Shown piece after piece: positions 25,655-37,550 of a DNA stretch of 64,000 nt (the first letter of the stretch is position 1; each line of letters opens with the position of its first letter). This stretch comes from Octopus vulgaris (taxonomy: Eukaryota), in the NCBI GenBank assembly GCA_951406725.2, contig OX597830.1, positions 22,010,001 to 22,074,000 on the forward strand, given 5' to 3'. The notes below the pieces were generated by a model. That model saw only the letters and a list, made by a program, of their open reading frames with translations. It ran no database searches and was not told where the DNA came from. The position numbers and the translations under genes were made by a program.

Positions 25655-25775
25655 CTGGTAATGATGTCATCAATGATGTCATTAATTAAAATCATTTACA
25701 GAGGACATGTGAAACTGTGAAGTATATTGTGCAATAAATTTCCTGAAGTTAGCATAGTTTGAATATTCCAGATAT

Positions 25776-25866
25776 GCATGCATGCATGCATGCATGCATG
25801 TATGTATGTATGTATGTATGTATGTATGTATGTATGTATGTATGTATGTATGTATGTATGTATGTA

Positions 25867-25933
<67 letters not shown>

Positions 25934-25965
25934 ATGTATGTATGTATGTATGTATGTATGTGTGC
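25776..25965. repeat. Compound microsatellite (CATG)n-(TATG)n-(TG)n-(TATG)n
   Basis: Read directly from sequence; source of several spurious ORFs. Confidence 0.95.
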
Positions 25966-26157
25966 ATGCATGTATATATGTCATCATTGTTTAACATCTG
26001 ACTTCCATGCATGCACAGGTAGGACAGTTGACAGGAGCTGACCAGGTAGAAGACTACATCAGGCTACTGTGTGTGTTTTGGCAGGGTTTTTAAGGCTAGA
26101 TGCCCTTCCTAACTCCAACCATTCTGCAGAGTAAATATACATACATACATACGTACC

Positions 26158-26218
<61 letters not shown>

Positions 26219-26521
26219 ATTGCTTCATCTTGACAGATGATAGCCATCCCATCAACATACACATCACACCCTAACACACAGTACAATCACTCCATTGATG
26301 TGCCCTTAGATGACTTTTAAGACCAGCTACTGAGTGACAGGGTTTAAAACACAAGTTTCTTCTATATCTTTGCCCTTTGGAATCTGATTCTGAAGGAATA
26401 TTTTTGTGACCTAGCATATGTATCTGAAGTCCAGATATTTGTTAAGATATATCGTATTTTACAAGATTATTTAACTATATTTATTAATTTATCTAATTAA
26501 TTATATTATTGTTTTTATCTT

Positions 26522-26620
26522 TAACCTGAAGAGTGGCTATATTTATACTGAAGTGATTTTACTACTACTATTATTATTACTATTATCATTTCTTAAATAT
26601 AACCACGAAACACGTCGTTA
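26522..26620 (+). ncRNA. Type I hammerhead ribozyme motif with canonical core and extended helix II
   Basis: TAAC-CTGAAGA-GTGGCTATATTTA..GAAGTGAT..ATCATTTC..TAAATATAACCAC-GAAA-CACG-TC-GTTA. All core nucleotides present; GUC cleavage triplet. Confidence 0.7.
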
Positions 26621-27453
26621 TTCTACATAATATATACGTTTTATTTATTATTTTGCACATTGCTTAATCATTGTTATATGTTTTATCTTGTATTTAATCT
26701 TTCTATAATATGTAATTTTTCTAAATGGTGTAATTTAATTTTTCATTATTGAATTGATAAAAGGTGTTTTTTTTCTAATTTATATATATATATATATATA
26801 AATATATTATATTTTGTGAAATTTGATTTAGTATTTCTAAATTGAATTTTTCCCTGTAAGTTTGGAATAATATTCCCACATATTATTATTATTATTATAA
26901 TATATATGTGTGTGTGTGTGTGTATACACATACACACATTAATAAATGCATATGTACAGACATAAGTATGTATTTACATTCATACATACATACATACAAT
27001 CTCTTACAGATATTTACACATATTTGTATCTTGTCCCTCACAAGAAAGGTAGAATTGTAACCTATTATATCTTTAAAAAAAAGACAAGCCAACAGGATAC
27101 GTGCAATGTATATTGAAACAGAGATGCACACATTCCTACACACACATATCACGGTACTCACACAAACATACACACAGAGAAGCACACACACTTACACATA
27201 CACACAGAAGCACACACACTTACACATACACACAGAGGCACAGACACACATTTAAGTGCACACATACAATTTCATATAGGTGCAAACACACATATAAATG
27301 CAATACATATGCTTACAAACACATGTCGATACAAACTCACACACACTTACAAGAGGACATCCAAATGCATACAAGTGCACACTCTCGCACATATACACAT
27401 GCATATACACACTCTTTCACACATTCATGCATTGTATGTAAATAGGTACTTAC

Positions 27454-27524
27454 TCGAGTTGTTCGTCAGTTTTTGCGATTGTCTTCTTCAGAAGTTCCTG
27501 TACATTGTTAATTAACTTGACTTC
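27454..27524 (-). CDS. TEKT4: Tektin exon 3
   Basis: ttacag acceptor, GTAAGT donor; EVKLINNVQELLKKTIAKTDEQL. Phases 0/2 fit the neighbouring exons. Confidence 0.9.
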
Positions 27525-28039
27525 CTGTAACCATTGAAGACAAAACCTTTAGTAAGTCACACAAAATAACTTACTTCGAAAAACCCAACAAGCCACACAT
27601 CATCCATTAATCCTAAGGGTCATCTTTTGAATTCAGAAATAGTTGACCCTTTAGCATTCAGATTAGTTTGACAACTGTAATGCTTATTTATCCATATTTA
27701 TCCACTCTCGGAGTGGTTGGCGTTAGGAAGGGCATCCAGCTGTAGAAACACTGCCAGATCTGACTGGCCTGGTGCAGCCTTCGGGCTTCCCAGACCCCAG
27801 TTGAACCGTCCAACCCATGCTAGCATGGAAGGCGGACGTTAAACGATGATGATGATGATGATTGTCACTTTTATGGTATGCACTGCTCTCTCACTCATCA
27901 TCGTCGTCGGCGTCAGCGTCGCTGCCGCCGCAACCACCGCCACCACCACCATCATCGTCATCGTCATCAACAACAACAACAACAGCAACAACAACAACAG
28001 CAACAGCAACAACAACAACAACAACAACTACTACTACTA

Positions 28040-28780
28040 CTGGAGCACTAGGTTTTGTTAGTAAATGCTTAAAGGAGAATCTGGATAAACTGGGGTTTTC
28101 AGAAAGGGAAACTGACTGGGTGATTTGTACATTACAAGTCCAATCTGTGAATGGAACAGTAAAAATATGCAAGACTTTGTAAATTTGTCTGTGTTAACTA
28201 CACCTCAGTGATGGAGCCTTATATATTTGTTGGAAACCAGATCCCTCTTCAGTGGAAGATTTATGATAATTAAAAAAATAGAAGAGACACACATATATAC
28301 ATAAATACATACATAGATAAAAGCTAAAGATCAGTGAAAATGAAAATATCTACACTGAACTAATGAGGAATCTACAGCTATTCTATCCAGATTACAAGTT
28401 CAGGTTTATACCTGTAATTATTGGGGCATTGGGATATGTAACACACTGCCTCAATACCAATCTTGCGAAATTAGGCTTCTCAAAACCAGAAAGGAGAAAG
28501 CTGATCCAAAAGCTACAGATCCAATCCATCTCTGGAACTTTAACAGTCTGTAAAGCTGTCCAGCAGTTTATCATTTAAGTATATATGAGCATGTCTACAT
28601 GTACAACTATATGCATGAGAATACACACACAAAACAAAATATACAAGTTTGTACATATACATACATACATACAAACAAACAAAAATACCCTGCTGTTGAT
28701 GTTGAAATTCCAACGCAGGAACTTTGGATCTAGGTTAGAAACTGGCTCTTTATCGGCAAAAAATCTTGAAATAAAACTGA
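28040..28780 (+). mobile_element. Two tandem 3' fragments of an RLE-type non-LTR element
   Basis: ORF 28363..28578 YPDYKFRFIPVIIGALGYV...LQIQSISGT. The upstream fragment GALGFVSKCLKENLDKLGFS...LQVQSVNGT is homologous. Confidence 0.65.
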
Positions 28781-29518
28781 ACACACACACACACACACAC
28801 ACTCTCTCACACTCTCTCTCTCTCACTCACTCACTCACTCACACACATACACACACACACACTATTTTTACTGCATTTTAAACTAAATACATGGCACTGG
28901 TGATCAAATCGGAGCAATGACAATGAATTTCATACCGTGAACTCCCAGGGAGTATTGGTAAGGAGGTTCAATTTCTGAAGGGCTGCCACTGACCCCACTA
29001 TTCAGGAGCTAGCCTGAATGCCACCCGAGGGATGGCTTCAAGGCTAGTAAAATAGAAATTGAAGGAGTAGTGGGGACGAACGGAAGTCTTTCCGAAGATA
29101 TATAGAGTAGTCCTTAAGTTTTAGGCACTAAATCAAGTGACAAGACAAGTTATGAAAATACATAAATCGAAGCATTATTTTTCATAAATCATTTTGTCTT
29201 TGATTCCCCAAGCCTCTGTACATAAAGTAAACCATATGCAGTGAGTGTGTTTATTTAAAGAAATATTTCAAGTGATTTTAATTTCGTTATGGATTCAATT
29301 ATAATAGTTAATTCATTTTCATTATAATTGAAGTAAAAGCACGACTTAACTGCATTATTTTAATATATATATATATGCTACCCATAACACTGTAACCTCC
29401 ATTGTTATATAAAAGTATTTGAGTAACCGTAACTTAATACACCAATGCACATTCTACCAAATAAAACAAATACAAAAAAAAAAAACAAGTAAGCAAATAA
29501 CAAAATCGTCTAAGTTAC

Positions 29519-29840
29519 CTGAAGTAAACCTTTTTCAACAATATCCTCAACAAGATCAATTCCTTGTCGACGCAGCCTGCAGTTCAGGTTATCTGATGCA
29601 ATGTGTAGCGGTATCTCAACAGAACGCAGTGCATTCTCCAGTTGTCTCTTCATTGTCACTTGCAGATCTATCTCATCTTGCATGTCTTGGATAGCTCGTT
29701 CAAGTTCAAACTTCCAGAAACTAATGTCTTGTATTCTCTCTCCTAGCTTCTTGGTCATGTCATCCTGGGTTTTCTTGGTGATGGCCTCTGTGGTATTCAT
29801 AGTATTTGAGGAGTCGTTGCGGATCACTTCAGAGTTGTGT
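29519..29840 (-). CDS. TEKT4: Tektin exon 2
   Basis: aatcag acceptor, GTAACT donor; HNSEVIRNDS...KKLGERIQDISFWKFELERAI...LHIASDNLNCRLRRQGIDLVEDIVEKGLLQ. Confidence 0.93.
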
Positions 29841-31255
29841 CTGATTTAAGGAATGAAAAAAAAAAAACTATGAAAGAAATTGATAGCTACTGCATATTCT
29901 TCAGTGAGTACTTAGTCTTGCAGAAGTAACTTTAGTAGGTTTATTTAGCAAAAAAAAAAAAATCATAGAATGTAATAATTCTAATACCAAAATGTATTCG
30001 CATACATATTACAAAGGCATGACCATGTCATTAAGATGTTTGCTCTGAAGTGACGTGGTTTGGGATTTGCAGCACTTAGGATAGTGTCTTCTATCTTAGA
30101 CTATGGTTCTTCATTGCCACATCAGTGAAACTTTAGAGAAGTATGGAATTGAAGTGTAGCCAGGTTCTAAAGTTAGTGGGAGCGAGCAAGCACATACAAA
30201 AGGCACCATAATACATCAAACAATTTCAAAATCATTTCTCAATTGTTGTTGAAATGATGCCAATTTTTTTTTTAATATGCTCGAGAGGAACAGTGGTTTA
30301 TCTTGCTTCCCTATTAGCTACGCCGGTGGTGTGGAAGCCTGAATGAAGGACTATTTCTGTTGTTGGATGGTAGACGAGATGTTCATGACTTGATCATAGG
30401 TCACAACTGACCAGGGTTAGCATGGGAACTAAACAACTGAGAAACAATAACAAAGTAGAAATGAAGGAGAAAAACCAATAAAGTGAAGGCAAATTTGTAG
30501 AACATTCCTCTTGGTTTCAGTGGGAAATAATTATTTTTACTAGTTTTTTTTTTTGTTTTTTTCTTTAATGTGCTCTCAATTAATTTGACATTGGAACATG
30601 CTGAAAAAGACTTTTTTCTCTCGGAAAACATAGTGGGGTAGTCCTTTGCGGCATGTTTGGAGACCAAATTAATTGATAGCACACGTAAAATCAATGAAAA
30701 AAAGGAATTATTTCCCACCAAACGCAAAAGAGGAGTTAGATCTGCGAAATTCCGATGAGCTTATCCACCCCTCTTATACCCTCTTTTTCTATAAAGCTAG
30801 TTGTTTCTGATTGGTTTGGAAGTCATATTCATTGATAACACACACACATAAATGGTCAGGGAAACTCCAGGGATGAGGAATCTAAGGTTTCCATCAGCCT
30901 CCTTCATTACCGAGAAGAAGTCCTTTGTGGCATGTTCGAAGGTCAGATTAATTGATAAGACACGGGAGAAAAGGGGGTAAATAATTAGTTCACCAAAATC
31001 GGGAAGGGTGTTCTTCTATAAATTTACCGAAGGGAATGAAGAAATTTCAGTAAAAATATTATTCTGGATTTCATGGTTGCATTGTGTTGCATAAACTTAC
31101 ATTTGATTTTGAGAAAAACTGGAGACAATCAAAGAAGATGCGACTTGTTCTAAAGAGTTTATAGCAAAAGAGTATTTCACTCCAATCAAATCTTTTTTCT
31201 TTCTTAGTCAGATGATAAGACAAATACACATGAATCTTTACATGGTCTCTGAGAC

Positions 31256-31298
<43 letters not shown>

Positions 31299-31732
31299 CA
31301 CAAAACTTGGCCCAGATGCTTGCAACAGAATGAAGTTCGCTGAAGGACCAAGTAACAGTGTTGAATAAGGCGATGGATTAAGTTTACCATCCAAATAGTC
31401 CATGGCAGGATTTGAACGCAGAATGCCAAGCGCCAGACCAAATACCACAAGTACATCAGTTCAACATTCTTGCAGTTCGGAGAATCCACTGCCGTCGATT
31501 GGCATTTCTTTTAATGGATCTTGAAATGATGAAAAGTAAAGTTGCCCTCGGTGGGATTTGAACCTGGAGCGCAGAGTAGGAACAAATACAGCAAAGCATT
31601 TGAAAAGATGCTCTAACGACCATGCCAAGTCACCATGTCGTTGTCGTAATAGTACATGTTAATTAGTCTCTGTAGCATGAGTGATTCTATTGTGGCCGAG
31701 GAAAGATTGTAATTAATCACTATAAACTGATG

Positions 31733-32149
31733 GGATATTTTCGGTTTGAACGGCAGTTTTTTCTAGCGGTGTCATATGAAATTGTCACCCATAATCATGA
31801 CCCTAGTATCGATCTATTGCATTTCAATCTCTTTTAGGGTTAGGGTTAGGGGTGGGGGGAAGGGTATCTTTTTTTCTTCACAAATGTAAATAAATCCAAT
31901 CTGTTTCTTAAATGAGGGATATTCATACGGCACAGAATGTTTTTTTACCTCAATGGACGTCAGTGATTGGTTGAAATTGCAGAAATTGTAGAAAAAAAAC
32001 TACAAATATCTTACAAACTATAGAATTTTCTCAATAAAGCCAAGAGAAAAAGATGTTTTATAAACACATTCTACCAGTATACGAAGTTTAAAAGTGTTTA
32101 GTTACGTGGAAATTATTTTTAAAAACTGCCGTTCAAACCGAAAAGATCC
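31733..32149. mobile_element. MITE with ~29-bp GG-starting TIRs and 8-bp TSD (Merlin-like), containing (TTAGGG)n
   Basis: TIRs GGATATTTTCGGTTTGAACGGCAGTTTTT / AAAAACTGCCGTTCAAACCGAAAAGATCC. TSD AACTGATG at 31725-31732 and 32150-32157. Confidence 0.85.
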
Positions 32150-32168
32150 AACTGATGAAATATTCGTT

Positions 32169-32900
32169 AACCTCTGACACCGACCACCTCTTTTGTCACC
32201 TGGCAATGTTTCCGAAACATTGCCTCACCTTTAACTCCCTCCCCCCGTCTTCCTCATCTATTTCCAACGTTTATATCTTCTGTCTTTTACTTGGTTCTGT
32301 CATTTGACTGTGACCATGCTGGGGCAGCGTTTAAAGAATATTTGTAGTAGATTGGAAAAACCATTAAAACCGTTGATTAAGGTGCTGGCGTAGCAAAAAG
32401 CTTGCTTCCAAATCCCCATGGCCCCAGATTCAGTCTCACTGCATGGCAACTTGGGCAAGTGTCTTTTACTATAGCCTCGGACCGATCAAAGCCTTGTGAG
32501 TGGATTTGGTAGATGGGATCTGAAAGAAGCTCATCATATGCGTGCTGTGTGTGTGTGTCTTTGTGTTTGTCCCCTAGTGCTGCTTGCAACAGTGTTGGTA
32601 TGTTTACGTCTCCGTAACATAGCGGTTCGGCAAAATAGACCGATAGATAATAAGTACTAGGCTTGAAAAAAAAGTCCTGGGTTGATTTGTTTTTCCTAAA
32701 ATCCAGGGTTTTTATAACTGCTCGACTTGACTTTGAAGAATCGAAATTACATACAAATATTCTTTAAACGCTGCCCCAGCATGGTCACAGTCAAATGACA
32801 GAACCAAGTAAAAAACAGAAGATATAAACGTTGGAAATAGATGAGGAAGACGTGGGGAGAGAGTTAAAAGTGACAAAAGAGGTGGTCGATGTCAGAGGTT
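32169..32900. repeat. Long inverted repeat (arms 32169-32346 and 32752-32900) in tektin intron 1
   Basis: The arms are near-identical reverse complements. The left arm has an extra 29 nt. Confidence 0.9.
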
Positions 32901-32911
32901 TTTAAGTTTAC

Positions 32912-33183
32912 CTGTCAGAGGCAGATTGAAAATATTTGGCGTAGTTATTGTTATTCCACTCCATATCGTTATATTTGTTGCTTCGGTAACCTTGGGTCGA
33001 GATACCCATATCATTTCCAGTGTTAGTCATCAGCACTGAATCTTCGAATGTCTCTCTCTTGGTCCTACAGTCAAGTTCACCTTTTGGTCCACATTCCACC
33101 GGTGGGTGTATGATACTCGCTTCACCCACATCGCCCGCCGGTTGGCAAGTATTTAGGTTCGGGCCCACGACACACGCAGCCAT
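32912..33183 (-). CDS. TEKT4: Tektin exon 1 (ATG)
   Basis: aaaATGG start; ...GISTQGYRSNKYNDMEWNNNNYAKYFQSASD; AG|GTAAAC donor, phase 2 matching exon 2. Confidence 0.88.
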
Positions 33184-33324
33184 TTTGAAGTTTTATCCTT
33201 TTCTGTTACGAATGTACTTATATGAAGTAAACGTAGAGAGGAGATGGGAGTTAAAAAGAGAGAAAGAAATGTATATAAAATAAAGAGAGGAGCAAAGTGA
33301 GAGAGCGATGTTTTCATCAGTAGT

Positions 33325-33360
33325 AGCGTCCTAACAACACGGGATGGTTGCTATGGGGCC
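33325..33360. promoter_or_regulatory. RFX X-box-like motifs in the tektin promoter
   Basis: AGCGTCCTAACAAC (33325-33338) and GTTGCTATGG (33347-33356), about 140-175 bp upstream of the ATG. They match X-box half-sites found in ciliary gene promoters. Confidence 0.55.
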
Positions 33361-34020
33361 AAGCGAGATAAATATAAATAAATAATAACGAAGGGAGGTA
33401 ACCCTACTCGAACTCTTGAAAATTTAATTGAAATAGTCTGGTTATGTGACGAAGACTGGATTTGATAACTGCCCGCTTCCTCAGCCCTACTTCGTTAATT
33501 CCCTAAATCTGATGAATCGTCAAGTATAGCCAAGTGTAATTGTAGACACGAAACCAATACTCTCTCTTTACTCTTTTTTTTGTTTCAGTCATTTGACTGC
33601 GGCCATGCTGGAGCACCGCCTTTAGTTGAGCAAATCGACCCCAGGACTTATTCCTTGGAAGCCTAGTACTTATTCTGTCGGTCTGTTTTGCCAAACCGCT
33701 AAGTGACGGGGACGTATACACACCACCATCGGTTGTCAAGCGATGTTGAGGTGACAAACACAGACACACACATACATATATACGATGGATTCTTTCAGTT
33801 TCCGTCTACCAAATCCACTCACAAGGCTTTGGTCTGCCCGAGGCTGTAGTAGAAGACACTTGCCCAAGGTGCCACGCAGTGGGACTGAACCCGGAACCAT
33901 GTGGTTGATAAGCAAGCAACTTAACACACAGCCACTCCTGCACCAATAGTAATTTCTAACCAGTTATATGCCATAACTAGGAAACGAGGAATATACTACT
34001 CGATTAAAGGTAATACAAGT

Positions 34021-34275
34021 CTATATTTAAGAGATGAGGAATTATGTACATTATTTACATTTGACGGATATTTGTCCTCATCTTGTTTGTTTTAACACAA
34101 CGTTTCGGCTGATATACCCTCCAGCCTTCATCAGGTGTTTTGGGGGAAATTTCGAACCTGGGTTCTCATTCCTTAGGTATTTTTCGATGTTATTATTATT
34201 CAGGTCACTGCCAGAAATCGAACTCGGAATCTTAGGGCTAGTAGCCCGCGCTCTTAACCACTTCGCCATATGCCC
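34021..34275 (-). mobile_element. tRNA-headed SINE (family D) carrying a hammerhead motif
   Basis: A box TGGCGAAGTGG (34258-34268), B box GAGTTCGATTT (34215-34225), (AAT)n linker, HHR, then an AT-rich 3' end. Three copies in the window. Confidence 0.8.
34094..34139 (-). ncRNA. Minimal type I hammerhead ribozyme motif (intact core)
   Basis: AACAC-CTGATGA-A-GGCTG gagggtatat CAGCC-GAAA-CG-TT-GTGTT. Confidence 0.75.
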
Positions 34276-34829
34276 GTAGGTTTTTTTTTCCTTCAGAGAT
34301 TCCTAGATGTCGACTACTTACATTAATTACTGCTTTTGAAAGGTGGGCGACGGACTTCAGTCTCCATTCTCTGAGCTTCGAGTTTCATAAACCTCTTAAT
34401 CTGGCGAGTCTTCACCATTTCAGATTCTTTCATGTATGACTTTTCTAGATCTTGTTGGATTCTCTTTCTATCATCATCTCTGGTTATTTTCCTAATTAAT
34501 GAAGATAACCTCTCTTTGATTTCGTTATTTAGTTGATGTCTTTTTCCAACGGTTGTAATGAATCCTCTCACGGACGAGGGCATGTCCTGTCCTTTCCTCT
34601 ATTATTCTAGCTTTATATGAATCCACTGGTTTCGTGCTTGACTAATTCAAATCAATGAGAATAAATATTACACTTGACAAGAGAAAACCGAATGCTAAGG
34701 AGTTAATCAAATGAAATTCTACACATAATTACTGAAGCAATCTAGACACCAACTTCTTACCACCACATCCACAACGTAACTATTTGTGCAAGTATGAAGC
34801 AATGAGCATACATCTAAACGTGGACTGTG

Positions 34830-35050
34830 ACGATTGGCAGAATCATTAGCACGCCGGGAGAAATGCTTAGCGGTATTTCGTCTGTTGTTACGTTGTGAGT
34901 TCAAATTCCGCCGAGGTCGACTTTGCCTTTCATCCTTTCAGGGTCGATAAATTAAGTACCAGTTACACACTGGGGTTGATGTAATCGACTTAATACCTAT
35001 GTCTGTCTTTGTTTCTCCCCTCTATGTTTAGCCTCTTGTGGGTAATAAAG
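34830..35050 (+). mobile_element. tRNA-derived SINE, family C
   Basis: TGGCAGAATCATTAGCACGCCGG...GAGTTCAAATTCC...TTTGCCTTTCATCCTTTC. Related copies at about 15300-15485 (-), 23415-23710, 31500-31630 (-) and 54170-54385. Confidence 0.75.
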
Positions 35051-37449
35051 AAATAGATATCTGTACAGGAACAACATCCTATATATGTCCCTGATCATTC
35101 TACATATGGAGATGCTTTTGCCTGCCATGTTTGATCTAAACATTGGTCTTTTCTGTTTAGTTTTCAATTTTGTTCCAATTGATTTCAAATTTGGTGTATA
35201 GCTGTAGCTTTGTATGCTAATTATGGAAATTAAATTCATTTTTGCCAGAAATTAATAGCTTCTTAAAGTTTGCAAATTTTAGGTAGTTATAGATAATTGA
35301 AAGCCACAAACATATTGGTGCCTGTTTCCATAGATAATAATCTAAGCTGTTGTGTGCTCTGCTTACCCATCTGATATGTTGTGTTTTCCTGCTTTCACCA
35401 ATCAGTAGCTGTCACTGTGAGGCCCACAATTCTATGGTTGAATTTTATCTCTGTGGGTTTCTGTGGCACAGGAGATATAAAAAATTGTAATTTGTTTGAC
35501 AAACTCCTTGAGTGCATTGCAAGCTTTCCTTGTTTAATTTTCACAACAAAATATGTATTGTCTGTATGAACTGAACTGTTTTTTTTTTGTAATATAATGT
35601 TCAGTTTCAGTTTATTTTCCATTTTTTAAAATAATTTTTTGCATTACATGTCTCTTCCAACATTTCACATAACTTTATTCAATAAAACTTATTAAAACTT
35701 CTATTTTGTCATCATGCTTCTGAATCTTGTTTTCTGACAGGTAAAAATGATCAAACTTTAAACCTCTGTAACATTTTACTAATCTTTTTAGAACAAATGA
35801 ATAACAACACCAGATTCGACATTAAAAAATTACATCAATGTACCAAATTTGAAAATTTTCATCTAAATTAAAATTTTAAAAAGTGAAGCCAAACAGAAAA
35901 AAACTTGACTTTGTAAATCAGTTGATCTTAAAATTCACCTCAGAGCAATGGACGTGTCGACATTGAGCAGTTTGAGAAAAAAACTGAATAAGGCAGCTAT
36001 CACCTTTCATGATAAAGTAATCACCATAAAGTTGCAAATTTATCCATTTCTGGCAATTGAGCAACTACAAAGCTACATTAGCAACTTATCATTTAACGCC
36101 CATTTTCCATGCTAGCATGGGTTGGACGATTCAACCAGGGTCTGGAAAGCCAGGAGGCTGCACTAGGCTCCAGTCTGATCTGGCAGTGTTTCTACAGCTG
36201 GATGCCCTTCCTAACGCCAACCACTCCACAAGTGTAGTGGGTGCTTTTTATGTGTCAAAGGAGGCTGGCAATGGCCACAATCGGTTGGTGCATTTTATGT
36301 GCCACCGACATGGAAGCCAGCCAAGACGGCGCTGGCATCGGCCATGTTCGGATGGTGCCTTTTACGTGCCACCGGCATGGGTATCACAACTACAATTTCC
36401 ATTTGATTTTTATTTTGATGTTGGTGTACTTGACTCAATAGGTCTCCTCAAGCACAGTCCCGTTTTGCTGGCATTAGTAATAGTATGACATATGCATATA
36501 TATATGAGGAAATGACAATGGACCAGGAGATGTGGCAATTTGTTGTACTTGATAAGACATGTGAGGCTCGGTAAAATCGCTGTCATCCACATGTACAGGA
36601 TTGTCCTTTCAAGTGTTGGAGCACTTAAAAAAGCATCCATGCTGCTGCTATGTAAATGTGTCTGTGATAGTGACATGTAAAAAGCACCGAGCATACTCTG
36701 TTAAGCAGTTAGCATTAAGAAGGGGCATCCAGCCACAGCAGACAGTTGGAGTCCAGACAACTCCATGTGAAACCACCCAATCCATGCCAACATGGAGAAT
36801 GGACATAAAACAATGATGAATGAAATTTTGTTTTAAGGCTCAAATGCTGTAAATACAGAAAACACAGGCGAAATAAATTTACAAGAAAATTAAACATTAA
36901 ATGGTTTTTATTTGACTAATGATGGACAAATTATCAATTATCAGTAAATGTTTATACAGCATGTGGGGTGAGCAATGTCCAGTATTAGTAGCCATATCTT
37001 TATTTATAAACTACCTTCCATATTGACATCCAAGACCCAGTTGGTGTTCATCCTTTCAGAAATGTCCTTGTCACCTAATTGTTCTTCTGCCTCTAACTAC
37101 ATATCAACAGTCTCATTCCCAATTATTTCAGATTATCAGTTAGTTCCCTCCATCTACCTACAAAAAAAAGGTAATCTTACCTGGCTGTCTAAGACCACTA
37201 TCCATGAGCTCCATTGGTAACTATTAGTAAACTAACCCCCACACACACCTCTCTAGGACACCATGAAAGTACTTATTCCTTCTAGCCATAAACTCACTAT
37301 AAGACCCACAAGCTGTGTTCCCCATATCTTACAGATGTGAACTCTCTTGGGCTATCATGTTAGCCATAAATTCAAATCACTTAAGTAAATGAGTTCACAG
37401 CAAACAAATCCGAGAGTATATGTTTTTTAGCATAACACTGCTTAATGCT

Positions 37450-37455
37450 TTTATT
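37450..37455 (-). promoter_or_regulatory. Candidate polyadenylation signal of the SAFB-like gene
   Basis: AATAAA on the minus strand about 96 nt after the TAG stop. Confidence 0.4.
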
Positions 37456-37550
37456 GCTTGGACAAAAAAGATCATATGATGTTTTTCCTTTTCTCCATCA
37501 GGAATTAAAATATAAAAGAAATTAAAGTGTATCTCAGACTCCATCTCTTT

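Larger units (their letters stand above)
16711..33183 (-). other. TEKT4: Tektin gene span (7 coding exons, 1404 nt CDS, 467 aa), tektin-4/tektin A-like
   Basis: Seven GT-AG exons join in frame. Motifs GYRSNKY..EW..NYAKY, KKLGERIQDISFWKFEL, EMDWSDK, STPESWAQF, RPGVELCRD, NSIFIDRQKC and a terminal LQGYQ*. Paralog assignment is from remembered motifs. Confidence 0.88.

Noticed and set aside
31834-31850. Telomere or chromosome-fusion relic
   Set aside because: Only about three TTAGGG units, and they lie inside a TIR/TSD-bounded MITE.
34204-34275. tRNA gene calls for A/B-box sequences (also about 3450-3524, 19250-19320, 48770-48840, 58910-58980)
   Set aside because: No complete cloverleaf, and each runs into a repeated body. 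These are SINE heads.
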